Shown in pieces: positions 31,906 through 42,035 of a stretch of DNA of 64,000 nt (the stretch's first letter is position 1; each line of letters begins with the position of its first letter). Location of the stretch: contig OZ244650.1 of NCBI GenBank assembly GCA_965218785.1, positions 1,568,001 through 1,632,000 of the forward strand, given 5' to 3'. The stretch is from Nitrosopumilus sp. GTDB lineage: Archaea; Thermoproteota; Nitrososphaeria; Nitrososphaerales; Nitrosopumilaceae. Position numbers and translations under genes: made by a program. The notes below the pieces were generated by a model. The model searched no databases. It was given only the letters and a program-made list of their open reading frames with translations, and had not been told where the DNA came from.

Positions 31906-33033
31906 TTGACGAATCATTTTACAATAACACCGAGTTTTGCAGTAAAGACACTTGAAAAGGCGCTCAGGCTGTACACGCCATCCCTCAGTGAAAAACCAAT
32001 GGCGGATTTTTTGGCAGATAAATGTGATGATTTGGGATTTGAGGATATTCAGATTGACGAGGTGGGAAACATAATTGCAAAAAAGGGATCAGGTTCGCCG
32101 AGGATCATGTTATGCGGACACATGGATGTTGTTCCAGGAAAGATCAGGGTTAGAAGGGAAGGAGATTCACTTTATGGACGTGGGGCATCAGATGCAAAGG
32201 CTCCACTGATTGCAATGTTATTTGCCGCATCGTCGATTCAAAACAACAACGGAACCATAATTTTTGTAGGGGCCGTAGATGAGGAAGGAACTGCCACGGG
32301 AATAAAAAATCTTGTCAAAAAAAAGATGGGTGTAGATTATGCGGTTTTTGGGGAACCAAGTGGAATTAAAAAGGTTACAATTGCCTACAAGGGAAGACTG
32401 GCCATCAATCTCAAAATCAATGTAGAGGATAGTTCTCATGCAAGTGCTCCATGGCTTTCAAAAAATGCAATTGAAGAATTGATGATTTTTGCAAAAGAAC
32501 TCAAAGAGAAATTAGAGGCAAATCAAGACGGTAAAACCAAGGGAATGTTATTGACTGCAACTATGACGGAGATTAGGGGAGGTATCAGCCACAATGTAAC
32601 TCCAAAAGAATGTGATGCCGTATTTGACATTAGAATTCCAGTTGATATGAACTGTAAATCAACTGAACAAAAGATCGAAGTATTGGTAAAGGAGATTGCA
32701 GCAAACCGAAAAGTAGAGGCGTTTTATTCAATTCTTGATGAAACAGAACCGTTTGAAGCGCCACACAATTCACCACTAGTCAGGGCATTTACTCTTGGAA
32801 TCATGGACGTGGAGCATTCAAGGCCGATGTTGATTCGGAAGACTGGAACAGGGGACATGAATGTTCTTGGAAATCAGTGGGATATTCCCGTAGTTACATA
32901 TGGTCCCGGGGATCCTCACGAAGCCCACACAATGGATGAGAAGGTTTCAATTGATGAGTATCTAAGAGGAATCGAGGTTCTCAAGAAGACTATTGAACAC
33001 CTAAAAAGACTTCATGACAAAAAGGTGCAGTAA
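31906..33033 (+). CDS. lysK: LysW-lysine/ornithine hydrolase (LysK/ArgE, M20 family)
   Basis: GHMDVV, GRGASDAK, DEE, GTGDMN, AH. Confidence 0.9.
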   Translation: MTNHFTITPSFAVKTLEKALRLYTPSLSEKPMADFLADKCDDLGFEDIQIDEVGNIIAKKGSGSPRIMLCGHMDVVPGKIRVRREGDSLYGRGASDAKAPLIAMLFAASSIQNNNGTIIFVGAVDEEGTATGIKNLVKKKMGVDYAVFGEPSGIKKVTIAYKGRLAINLKINVEDSSHASAPWLSKNAIEELMIFAKELKEKLEANQDGKTKGMLLTATMTEIRGGISHNVTPKECDAVFDIRIPVDMNCKSTEQKIEVLVKEIAANRKVEAFYSILDETEPFEAPHNSPLVRAFTLGIMDVEHSRPMLIRKTGTGDMNVLGNQWDIPVVTYGPGDPHEAHTMDEKVSIDEYLRGIEVLKKTIEHLKRLHDKKVQ

Positions 33034-34070
33034 TGCTTTGGTTTGTAGGTCTGGGAATTTCCGGATTCAAATCAATTCCCAACGAGGCACTAGAGATCTT
33101 ATCAAAGGCAGATATTGTATATCTGGAACAGTTTACTAGCCCCATTGGAGAGTCTGATTTGGCTAGAATTAAAAATTCCACAAGGGGGGAATTCAAACCT
33201 GCAAAAAGGTGGCTAGTCGAAGACGGAAGCGAGATTTTACAAAATGCAAAAAAGAAAAAGGTTGTCTTACTATCATACGGGGATCCCTACATTGCAACGA
33301 CACACATTGAATTAAGAGCAAGGGCAATGAAAGAAAAAATAAGGACGTATTCAATCCACGCATCATCATCAATCACTTCGATGATAGGAGAATGCGGTTT
33401 GCATTTTTACAAAATAGGAAGAATTGCAACGATAATGAGTGAAACAAAGTCACTTACAACGCCATACTATGTAATTTACAAAAATATCATCGAGGGAAAT
33501 CACACCATACTTCTTTTAGAGTACAATCAGGACAATGATTTTTTCTTGGATCCCAAGGATGCGCTAAGCGGGTTGTTAGAAACAGAAAAAGGGCAAAGAA
33601 GAAAGGTCATAAGTTCAGATACCTGTGCCATAGTGGCATCAAGAATTGGATTTGAGGATCAATTAATCATTTCAGGGAGGATATCCAGCCTGATAAATCA
33701 GAATTTTGGAAGACCGCCACACACGTTGATAATACCTGGCAGATTGCATTTTACCGAATCAGACGCCTTGAAGATGCTAGGCAGATGCATTGATGAGCCA
33801 TTTGATAATTCTGAAAAAACAAAAAAGATCGCAGTCCAGATGATGGAAAAATATGTTCCGATGGTCAGGGAGGCACTCAAAGAGGTTGAACCATACTATA
33901 AGGAACAAGAAGAATTCAAAGTGGTTTTGGAAAATGCGTGGCTGTACATACAGGATGCAGAAAAATTCCTAAAAGACGGTCAGGACGAAGTGGCAGTTTT
34001 GAGTATTGGGTATGCAGACGGTCTAGTAGACGCACTAAGACTGGCAAAGGGCCTTGATCCAAAGATGTAA
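33033..34070 (+). CDS. dph5: Diphthine synthase with C-terminal DUF357-like domain
   Basis: FVGLG, GDPYIATTH, GLHFYKIG; C-terminal YIQDAEKF...IGYADGLVDA. Confidence 0.9.
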   Translation: MLWFVGLGISGFKSIPNEALEILSKADIVYLEQFTSPIGESDLARIKNSTRGEFKPAKRWLVEDGSEILQNAKKKKVVLLSYGDPYIATTHIELRARAMKEKIRTYSIHASSSITSMIGECGLHFYKIGRIATIMSETKSLTTPYYVIYKNIIEGNHTILLLEYNQDNDFFLDPKDALSGLLETEKGQRRKVISSDTCAIVASRIGFEDQLIISGRISSLINQNFGRPPHTLIIPGRLHFTESDALKMLGRCIDEPFDNSEKTKKIAVQMMEKYVPMVREALKEVEPYYKEQEEFKVVLENAWLYIQDAEKFLKDGQDEVAVLSIGYADGLVDALRLAKGLDPKM

Positions 34071-34112
34071 GCCTTGGCGATGAATTAAAGAGAGGGTCTG
34101 AAAATAGGAAGA

Positions 34113-34733
34113 ATGTTGGAATCAAGTGAAAAGGCAATTCTCGCTGCCATGTATGTATGCCAGATTAGCAAAAGATCGCCAATTGGGCAGATAACGAGGC
34201 AGGGCATGCTTTCTGAGGCTGCAGTTAACACAAAAATTGATGAATTGGTAAAAAAGCGGCTAGTTAATGAGGACAGGAATACGATTACTAAGGAGGGAAG
34301 AGACTCGCTGCAGGTCGTACTAGCCGGGGGGGTTTTTGATATCATTCATCCGGGACATATTCATACATTAAATGCGGCAAAGGCACTCGGTGATGTTTTG
34401 GTAGTCGTTGTTGCAACAGACAGCACGGCAGTAAAAATGAAAAAACGCAAGCCGTTGCACATCCAGGAACAGAGACAGGAATTGGTAAACTCACTCTCAG
34501 TTGTAGATCTTTGCCTAATAGGACAGGAGGATGACATATTCAAGACAGTTGATCGGGTGAGACCGCAGATTATTGCGCTGGGATATGATCAAGTTCATCA
34601 GGAAAAATTCATTACAGACGGATGTAAAAGGATCAATCTAGATGCAAGGGTTGCAAGATTACAGTCTCCAATTCCCGAAAGCTCCAGCTCCAAAATAGAA
34701 AAGGAGTATGGAAAATCAATTCATGGGATTTAG
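34113..34733 (+). CDS. ribL: FAD synthetase (cytidylyltransferase family) with N-terminal helical extension
   Basis: GVFDIIHPGH, ALGYDQ; convergent with ribK. Confidence 0.8.
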   Translation: MLESSEKAILAAMYVCQISKRSPIGQITRQGMLSEAAVNTKIDELVKKRLVNEDRNTITKEGRDSLQVVLAGGVFDIIHPGHIHTLNAAKALGDVLVVVVATDSTAVKMKKRKPLHIQEQRQELVNSLSVVDLCLIGQEDDIFKTVDRVRPQIIALGYDQVHQEKFITDGCKRINLDARVARLQSPIPESSSSKIEKEYGKSIHGI

Positions 34734-35413
34734 GAATTAATTGGAATTTTAATTAAAACCTTCGAACCGTCCTTTAGTTTTTCAGCTTCTCTTAAGCAGA
34801 CCTGAGATATCAGCTCAATTACCGAATCATCATGATGGGTTCGTTCAAGTATTATTAATTGACAGTCTACGGAATTGCCAAGTTTGGCAGGAAAGCATTT
34901 TACCCAGCCATACGTTCTCTTGCCATCTGAGAAACTCGTAATTTTAATGCCTTCCATGGTTTCAAATTGCTTGATGGCCTCTTGATAGATTTTTTTATCT
35001 AATCTGACGTTGAGGGTTCCCGGAAATGGAATATATCCTATTTTTGATTTGAATTGCTTTGTGTACCCCTTTAATCCCATATAGTATGCGCCCTCGCCCA
35101 TTCCAGAAATCAGGGTTCCACCTAGCTCAACAGTAGAAGGGGAGGAATCCAGGCTTTTTTGCAAGACAGACGACAGCTTTACCATTTCAGAGAAACCCTT
35201 AGAGGTGATTTTCACGGAAATGTTTCTTCCACTTATAATTCTCTTAATGAATTGATTCTGTTCTAATTCAAGTAGGTGTTTTGATGCTGCCTGCTGTGAT
35301 TTTTTGATATTCTTTCCAAGTGATGACGTGGTAATGGTGACATAGTTGTATCTTGCTCCTTTAGATAACAGGTAAGAGAGGGTTAGGATGTGCTGAATTT
35401 TTAGTTCAGTCAT
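34730..35413 (-). CDS. ribK: CTP-dependent riboflavin kinase with N-terminal HTH
   Basis: SQQAASKHL HTH; SGMGEGAYY, PFPGTLN, ERTHH. Confidence 0.9.
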   Translation of the reverse strand: MTELKIQHILTLSYLLSKGARYNYVTITTSSLGKNIKKSQQAASKHLLELEQNQFIKRIISGRNISVKITSKGFSEMVKLSSVLQKSLDSSPSTVELGGTLISGMGEGAYYMGLKGYTKQFKSKIGYIPFPGTLNVRLDKKIYQEAIKQFETMEGIKITSFSDGKRTYGWVKCFPAKLGNSVDCQLIILERTHHDDSVIELISQVCLREAEKLKDGSKVLIKIPINS

Positions 35414-35421
35414 CTAGAATC

Positions 35422-36564
35422 TTAAGATACGCCTAGGTTACCAAATGTTTTCAATGTCATTCCATCAGAGTTTGACAGTTTGGCAATTCTATGACCAACG
35501 ACACATTGAATCCCTGCATTTTTGGCACCTTCTAAAAGTCTTTGAGTGATGATTCCATCTAGTAGAAGGTATTTGATTCCTGATTGTGTCGACAGCTTGC
35601 TGACAACTTCACTTATTGGAACTTTGAAAATTTCATTTTGATCGTCATCTAATCCAACTGCTTCAAGTGTTTCATTCAGATTTGGAAAAATTTTCAGGGC
35701 CAGATCAGCGAGTGGTTTGTCATCTTCATTTGCAAGTGTGGGAGCTGGTTTTCCGTTTTTAATTTCATCGGCAACAGGTCCTATAATTTCATCAATTCTT
35801 TGTGGAGTCAGTTCTTCGACTTCAACATCATTGTCTGCTCTAAGTTCATAATCTACTGAAACAACAGATGTAAGTTCTTTGAGAATAAACCCGCCTGCCC
35901 TATCCCCGTCAAGGAATGCTACAACGGTGTCTTTAGAATTACACAGTACTTTGATGGATTCATCAATTTTTGCACCTTCAATAGCAATGGCATTGTTATA
36001 TCCTGCTCTGAGAATATTAATTACATCTGCCCGTCCTTCGACTAGAATAATCCAGTTAGAATCAAAGACACCAGAACCGCAAGTGAGTCTTGAGGGACCG
36101 TATGTGGATAGTTTTCCAGTAACACCCTGATGAACATCATTTAGCATTGTTTCCCCTTCACTGACAGTTTTTGTTGCCCATTTTTGCTTGATCTCTTTTG
36201 CGCGTTTTACAATGTCATCTTTTTTTGCAGCCCGTACATCATCAATTGCATCTAATCTGAATTTGCAATCAAACGGACCTACCTTGTCTATACTTTCAAT
36301 TCCAGCGGCAATCAATGCACACGTGTCAATATCAGTACTCATTGGTATGGTAACAATGCCAGATGTGGTGTTGGATGTGGATTGTTCGACGACTTCAATG
36401 CGACCCACCTTGGAAACTCGTTGCAGCTCATTTAGATTCATCTCTGGACCCAGCAGACCTTCGGTCTGGCCAAAGATGGCTCCGATTATATCTGCTCTTT
36501 CAACGAGTCCATCGACTTCATAGGAAAGTTTAACATGATACTTGACAATTCCTGATTGAGGCAT
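35422..36564 (-). CDS. dnaG: Archaeal DnaG primase-like protein (exosome-associated)
   Basis: GAIFGQTEGLLG, VEGRADV and DGDRAG TOPRIM motifs. Confidence 0.93.
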   Translation of the reverse strand: MPQSGIVKYHVKLSYEVDGLVERADIIGAIFGQTEGLLGPEMNLNELQRVSKVGRIEVVEQSTSNTTSGIVTIPMSTDIDTCALIAAGIESIDKVGPFDCKFRLDAIDDVRAAKKDDIVKRAKEIKQKWATKTVSEGETMLNDVHQGVTGKLSTYGPSRLTCGSGVFDSNWIILVEGRADVINILRAGYNNAIAIEGAKIDESIKVLCNSKDTVVAFLDGDRAGGFILKELTSVVSVDYELRADNDVEVEELTPQRIDEIIGPVADEIKNGKPAPTLANEDDKPLADLALKIFPNLNETLEAVGLDDDQNEIFKVPISEVVSKLSTQSGIKYLLLDGIITQRLLEGAKNAGIQCVVGHRIAKLSNSDGMTLKTFGNLGVS

Positions 36565-36712
36565 AAACTATTCATCTCCTTAATTATCATAGTTTGGGTT
36601 CATACATTGGATATATGAGGGTATCGCAAAAATTTGCGCTGAGAATATAAGATTATTCAAATAATCAGGCATAGCAACCGCTAGGGAGATCTAAAAAGGA
36701 AAAATTAGTTGC

Positions 36713-37063
36713 TTATTCAGTGCTAAATGAGTGACCACACGAGCAGGATTTTGTAACATTTGGATTGTTGATTTTGAATCCAGATCCCATTAGACTTTCG
36801 ATATAGTCTACGTTTGCGCCCTGTAGATGGTCTACACTGTAGCTGTCAACTAGGAGTTTTACTCCATTTTCTTCCATGACGATATCATCTTCTTCTGGTG
36901 CTTTTTCAAAGCCCATTCCATAAGATAAACCGGAACAACCGCCGCCTTGAACATATACCCTAAGGTATTCAGGGGCTTCTGCTTCTTCTTTCATGAATTC
37001 GTGGATTTTCTCAGCTGCTTTTGCAGTAACTGTGATCATCTTTTGTGTTTGTTCAGTTGCCAT
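36713..37063 (-). CDS. erpA: A-type Fe-S cluster carrier (HesB/IscA/ErpA)
   Basis: GGGCSGLSY and SCSCGHSF. Confidence 0.9.
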   Translation of the reverse strand: MATEQTQKMITVTAKAAEKIHEFMKEEAEAPEYLRVYVQGGGCSGLSYGMGFEKAPEEDDIVMEENGVKLLVDSYSVDHLQGANVDYIESLMGSGFKINNPNVTKSCSCGHSFSTE

Positions 37064-37248
37064 TATGAATAAAAAAGCCAGTTCAAATTATAATAAGCTT
37101 TTCCTTGCGTTACGCATGGCAGTATATGAAAAGTACGTCTGCTAGTCATCAGGGCTCTTTTCGGGATTAAATCACAGGATTAGGATTAGGGCTTTATCCG
37201 GAGATTTTTGCCACCACTTGATGAGTCGTCACGATCTTGAGGGCAATC

Positions 37249-37396
37249 TGGTTCTGGTGCAAGAATTATCTGATCGTCAAAATTAAACAGCAGGATTCAG
37301 CATTGACTCGATTGAATTATCTAGCAAAATTAGTGTCATTTGGAGAATATTGGTATTTCATGGTTTGTGTTACAGATCACAAATTTACCAGAACCA
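37249..37396. repeat. ~148-bp MITE-like element, copy 1, with 10-bp terminal inverted repeats
   Basis: Starts TGGTTCTGGT, ends ACCAGAACCA; similar to 38170-38307 including an identical 32-bp core. Confidence 0.6.
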
Positions 37397-37511
37397 AAAA
37401 GGAGATGGGTTTTTGCATGATCTAATTATTTCCAAATACACATCAATAACAGGATATTTGGTGTGATTGTATCCGTTGTGGTATCTGCCGATCCTCATGT
37501 ACAAATCTCAT

Positions 37512-38060
37512 TTATTTATTCAATGAATTTTCAATTCTTTTCTCTAGTTGTTTTTCAGTGGTGTCTTTTCTCATATCTGTATTCTTTGCTTTTCCATCAT
37601 CAGTTATTTTATAGTGTCCAGAAATTACACCTGCAACATAATAACTGTCACCATATATGGAATCAGGATCTAGGTTAAGGAACAAAATAACATCATCACC
37701 GTCTTCAGAAAGAAGATGCGTCCATGTAAACACGTTGTTGTCATATTTGCCACCTAAAATTTTTACATTAATCAGATTTTCGTTGCTAGAGCCTTTTAGG
37801 AATTTTTCTGGTTTAAGATCCCAGTTTGTAAATAGTATATGTTTTGAAACATCATCATCTATGTACTGTATCTCAGATCTATGTCCGAATATTTTGCCTT
37901 TTACAATTAACTTTGCTTCAGGAGCCAGATCTTCTACGCTCAGATCAGGAGATAAAGAATATGAATCTATTATTACCGGAATAACGCTTGCCACATATAA
38001 TACGGGCAATACCATTGCAACTGCAACAAGTGATATTGATAGTTTTTTCTTGTTTATCAT
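37512..38060 (-). CDS. Membrane-anchored/secreted hypothetical protein (AT-rich accessory gene)
   Basis: MINKKKLSISLVAVAMVLPVL anchor; LIVKGKI...FLKG...VKILGG...VILFL pattern. Confidence 0.7.
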   Translation of the reverse strand: MINKKKLSISLVAVAMVLPVLYVASVIPVIIDSYSLSPDLSVEDLAPEAKLIVKGKIFGHRSEIQYIDDDVSKHILFTNWDLKPEKFLKGSSNENLINVKILGGKYDNNVFTWTHLLSEDGDDVILFLNLDPDSIYGDSYYVAGVISGHYKITDDGKAKNTDMRKDTTEKQLEKRIENSLNK

Positions 38061-38169
38061 TTCTAATACTTTCCCATAAAGTCTACAGATACCTAGTATT
38101 TCATTATTAGCTGGAATAGTGTACATGGTGAATTTTCGCAGCAGTACTTTGGCACACCTGTCAGATATG

Positions 38170-38307
38170 TGATTTTGATACGTGATCTGATCACTAATTT
38201 AACAGCAGGATTCAACAGACAGCCTCTGAATTATCTGGCAAAATTACAATGCAATTTGGAGAAGAATGGTCATAATTTGTGTTACAGATCACAAATTTAC
38301 CAGAACC
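38170..38307. repeat. MITE-like element, copy 2 (same orientation as copy 1)
   Basis: Shares ATCTGATC, AACAGCAGGATTCA, TGAATTATCT.GCAAAATTA, ATTTGGAGAA and TTTGTGTTACAGATCACAAATTTACCAGAACC with copy 1. Confidence 0.65.
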
Positions 38308-38692
38308 GCTAACATCTTCCATCAAACTATCAAGAAATCATACGAGTCGGGTCCTAGTCAGTATCTGTGGAAATACAACAATTAGCAGGACAAATTCGAT
38401 ACTACTACTACTAGGAGGAGACTCAAAGATACCGCACTGTCTTCTGTGGAATTCATCAGTATGTTATTGCTCTGGCAGTATTTGATCTTGAGATGAGTCA
38501 GGAGCTGGCAAGACATGCTCCAATTCGGTTCTGATGTAAAATGGTGATCAGATTACCAAAATTCACCTCCCCCTCGGAACAGATTATGGGTCAATCTCAG
38601 GCACGAAATAAAATAGAGATAAAAAATCAAGATTAGGTCATATTTTCATCAGACAATAACTTTTTAAGACAATTTTTTCCTGATAAATAATT

Positions 38693-38863
38693 ATGAGTAC
38701 AGAGGCTGAAACCATCTATGAGCGGGTTGCAAAACTTGAGGATGAAATTGCGCTCCTCAGAAGCGAAATAGATATTCTCAAAAAGGCATTTAGAAACAAG
38801 ATCGCCCGCCATGAAATATCCCTGATCAAAAAGGGACAAGACATTGATTCCATCATTGATTAA
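38693..38863 (+). CDS. Small coiled-coil protein (56 aa, not in ORF track)
   Basis: MSTEAETIYERVAKLEDEIALLRSEIDILKKAFRNKIARHEISLIKKGQDIDSIID*; TTTTTAAG TATA-like box about 25-32 nt upstream. Confidence 0.7.
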   Translation: MSTEAETIYERVAKLEDEIALLRSEIDILKKAFRNKIARHEISLIKKGQDIDSIID

Positions 38864-39677
38864 TTTTTGCCTTTATACTCCTTATCAGTTCCAAAATAAA
38901 ATCTATATCTTCTGCGTTTGGATTAATTTTCAAATATTTATTCAGGTATTTTAATGCGGTTTCAGAATTTAGCAGTCTTTCCTCTAGAATTCCTTTGTCT
39001 CTAATGTCCTCCGGAGATTCAGGATCAATTGCCAAAACCATGTTAGTGCAGCGAAGAGCTTTGTCATAAACAAACGACTGTACATAGGAATTCTTCAGAT
39101 TGCGTGTCATTCTTACAAGAATTTGTTCTGATCCTATCTCATCAAGAAATTCTGGTTTAAATTCCAACTGTCCATCAAAATTGGTATTCAATATGTCCTG
39201 CAAATCATCAATATCCAATAGAGTCCCATCATAAAACGGATCTAAAATCATCTCTTCATTATATTTCACCAGGATATGACTTGGAAATCCAACAATTCTG
39301 AGATCCAGTCCAATAAATTTTGCAATTTCAACATAAAGAATTGAAATGGTGATGGGCATGCCAGACTTTTTATCAATGACATCATTTAGAAAATTATTTT
39401 TTGGATTATAGTAATCATCATCATCCCCGCTAAAACCTAGATTTTCAAAGAAATGTTCATTTAACATTGAAATCAGATATGTGGGGTTTGTGACATCACT
39501 GACTGATTCTTTTAGAGACAGTCCTATTTTATTTATCTTCTGAATGTATTCGTCTACGTTTAGATCAGGATATTCCAAAATCTGAGCAAATTTCAGACAT
39601 TTTTCAACCATATTGAAGTTTGGATTTTTTACAAACGAAAGCCACTCTGCAACAAACGGATCAAATTTTTCATTCAA
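38853..39677 (-). CDS. SirB1-family protein (transglutaminase-like core plus TPR)
   Basis: YYNPKNNFLNDVI, GMPITIS, GFPSH, ILDPF, RDKG. Confidence 0.85.
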   Translation of the reverse strand: MNEKFDPFVAEWLSFVKNPNFNMVEKCLKFAQILEYPDLNVDEYIQKINKIGLSLKESVSDVTNPTYLISMLNEHFFENLGFSGDDDDYYNPKNNFLNDVIDKKSGMPITISILYVEIAKFIGLDLRIVGFPSHILVKYNEEMILDPFYDGTLLDIDDLQDILNTNFDGQLEFKPEFLDEIGSEQILVRMTRNLKNSYVQSFVYDKALRCTNMVLAIDPESPEDIRDKGILEERLLNSETALKYLNKYLKINPNAEDIDFILELIRSIKAKINQ

Positions 39678-39680
39678 TTA

Positions 39681-40877
39681 TTACTGACTCGTTTTTTTGA
39701 GGTATAGTAAGGGATCCTTGAGCTCTTTAGTGTTTGGTGGAATCTCAATCATTTTTTTGAAGGTATTCCTGCCTAGTTTCTCATATACGGTTTTAGTAAA
39801 ATCTTTTCCCATGCTCTTTCGGACCTGATATGAAGAGAAGTCTGTTCCCATAAATGTGGTAAGATAATTCTGAAAGTCTGGATCGTCTTTTAAGATATTC
39901 TCGATTACAAAACCTGCCATTCCTTCCATTGCAGTAAATGCCGCATGATGCTGCTGAATTGGAATCAGCCATTTCTTGTAGATCTCCAAAAGTTGGGGAA
40001 TTGATTCGCCTATCTTGGGATCTATCTCCACATGCGTAAATGTCATAACATCCGGTCCTATCTGTTCAATTAAAAAATGATCCGGATTCAAAAAGAAAAA
40101 CAGATTTGCCTTTTTTGCAAATGGAAAATCATCCGGAACTGTCTGTAATTGACAGTATTCTGCAAGCCTGTTGATGGTTTCAGTGTCAAGTGACAAAATG
40201 ACATTTGCCAGCTCCTCGTTGATTTTATTTACTTTCATTGCGGCACTTTTGTTTACCTGTTGCAGATTCTCCTGTACGGAATGAACCAGTTCTTCTAACA
40301 CCGTCATCTTTATGGCACCCATATACCCAGAATTCACATTTTCAAATCTTGATTCATAGGGCTCCCCCTGCTTGTGCAGAATTATCTGTGGATACTTTGA
40401 TAAAATGAATTTATTCAGATATATTATAGAATCAAGATAATCACCATACGTTGTTGTGATTTTGGATATGTATTGAATCGCATATGTTGAATATACCAAA
40501 TATTTTGCAGTATCTTCTTGCATTAATTCTGAAATCTTTTTTGAATCCTCTTTTGCAACGGCGTCAAATAATTCTGTGACAAATTGTCTTGCATCTTTGT
40601 CTGCGAATACTTTGTCGCCCTTCATTTTTTTCAGGTTTTCTAATTCCAGGAATTCCAATTGTATGTTATCAGGAACTTTGATCCCAAGAAATTCCTCCAC
40701 TTTGTCTTTGTAAATTGGAAAAATCTCTCTGGCAATATCATCTAATTCTCTGAAATGAACCCTGTCTCCAAGCTCATCTCTGGCCTTGATTGATAATTCT
40801 GTGATCTCTTTTTCCTCATTGATTTCAACTGATAATTGACCAAATAATGCTTCGGCAAACTCTTCAAATTCTCCCAA
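39681..40877 (-). CDS. Conserved hypothetical protein (possibly zincin-like)
   Basis: 398-aa ORF; LEELVH and MEGMA resemble a degenerate zinc-metallopeptidase pattern. Confidence 0.7.
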   Translation of the reverse strand: MGEFEEFAEALFGQLSVEINEEKEITELSIKARDELGDRVHFRELDDIAREIFPIYKDKVEEFLGIKVPDNIQLEFLELENLKKMKGDKVFADKDARQFVTELFDAVAKEDSKKISELMQEDTAKYLVYSTYAIQYISKITTTYGDYLDSIIYLNKFILSKYPQIILHKQGEPYESRFENVNSGYMGAIKMTVLEELVHSVQENLQQVNKSAAMKVNKINEELANVILSLDTETINRLAEYCQLQTVPDDFPFAKKANLFFFLNPDHFLIEQIGPDVMTFTHVEIDPKIGESIPQLLEIYKKWLIPIQQHHAAFTAMEGMAGFVIENILKDDPDFQNYLTTFMGTDFSSYQVRKSMGKDFTKTVYEKLGRNTFKKMIEIPPNTKELKDPLLYLKKTSQ

Positions 40878-41464
40878 GTTGCATCAAATTTAAAAATACT
40901 ACATTTAACATTATCTTGATTTCTTGTATCAAAGAAATTATTAGCTCACAAATTACTGGTTTGTTGTCTGAAAATGTCAGAATCAAGCACCGCACTAGAA
41001 TGTTAGATGTGGATCAGGACGGATTAGGTGTGTTTGGAATCATAGTAGATTTTACAAAACACCAATACAGAAAAAAGTGGAAAACCATCATTCAAAATGC
41101 CTCTGAGTAATATTCTCAATAGGGTAAATTTTCAATTCAGAGATGATGAAAAAAGGGTGAGCCATTCGTTACAGGGTGGTCACAGACCTTCAAGATGCCC
41201 CCAGACTTCAATAGTCAGTTACCTGATTCTCATTATACAATATTAATTTTCAAAATACATTGTGAATGAAAACCATCAAGTAAAAATTCTCAATAGGCAC
41301 AAAATTTCAATCTGAAGAAGATCGTGATTTCAGGTCACAGATGTTACAGAATCTGTTTTAGGTAATTTTAGAATCAAAATCAGGCTTTGCAAATAAAAAA
41401 TTCCCATGGTTTTTCAAAAAATAATTCGCTGGTTGCAATATAACAGTGTATTATGTGTTAAAAA

Positions 41465-41563
41465 TTATTTTCTAAAAACCATGAAAATTCTAGAACCAGC
41501 AAAAATCGCAACAGCAGCTACAATCAATCCAATCATTATTGTTTGTCCCACGTAATCATCCAA
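41465..41563 (-). CDS. Putative 32-aa single-pass membrane peptide (not in ORF track)
   Basis: TTG start after GTAGGA; MDDYVGQTIMIGLIVAAVAIFAGSRIFMVFRK*. Confidence 0.45.
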   Translation of the reverse strand: MDDYVGQTIMIGLIVAAVAIFAGSRIFMVFRK

Positions 41564-42035
41564 TTCCTACTTTTCATTGGATTACTACTCATTTTTAATA
41601 CTTGAGGTATAACATAGAATCAAGAATGACAGTTTGTCGTGATTTGTCATGCTCCAATCTGCAAAAAAGATTAAAAATGCGGCAAGCATTCTGCTGATCT
41701 TGGGACACCGCCTGACAACGACGGGCACAACAGATGCCACAAAGTCAGACAGGGGGCAAAGATCATCCATTTTACAAGCAGGACATAGATGGAGGAATTA
41801 CATGGGCTTGCTCGTCTTGGATGTGGGAATAGATAACGGGAATTCATGAAAAAACACCTTTGCCAAAATATGACTAGATTTTTTGGAAATGCCATATCAG
41901 ATGTAATTATTTGGGTTCAGCACATGATCGCCGAATTCATACGTAGAATCAGATGTCTAGGTACAACAGCCTAACTGATTTCATCAGATAACATAACATT
42001 GAAATGACTTTGTAGAATCTGTTTTGTATAGTATT

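Noticed and set aside
38853-39677. SirB1/transglutaminase-like protein as the LysW2 Gln-modifying enzyme
   Set aside because: Not operonic with the lys cluster and no evident catalytic Cys in the core motif; the link is unsupported.
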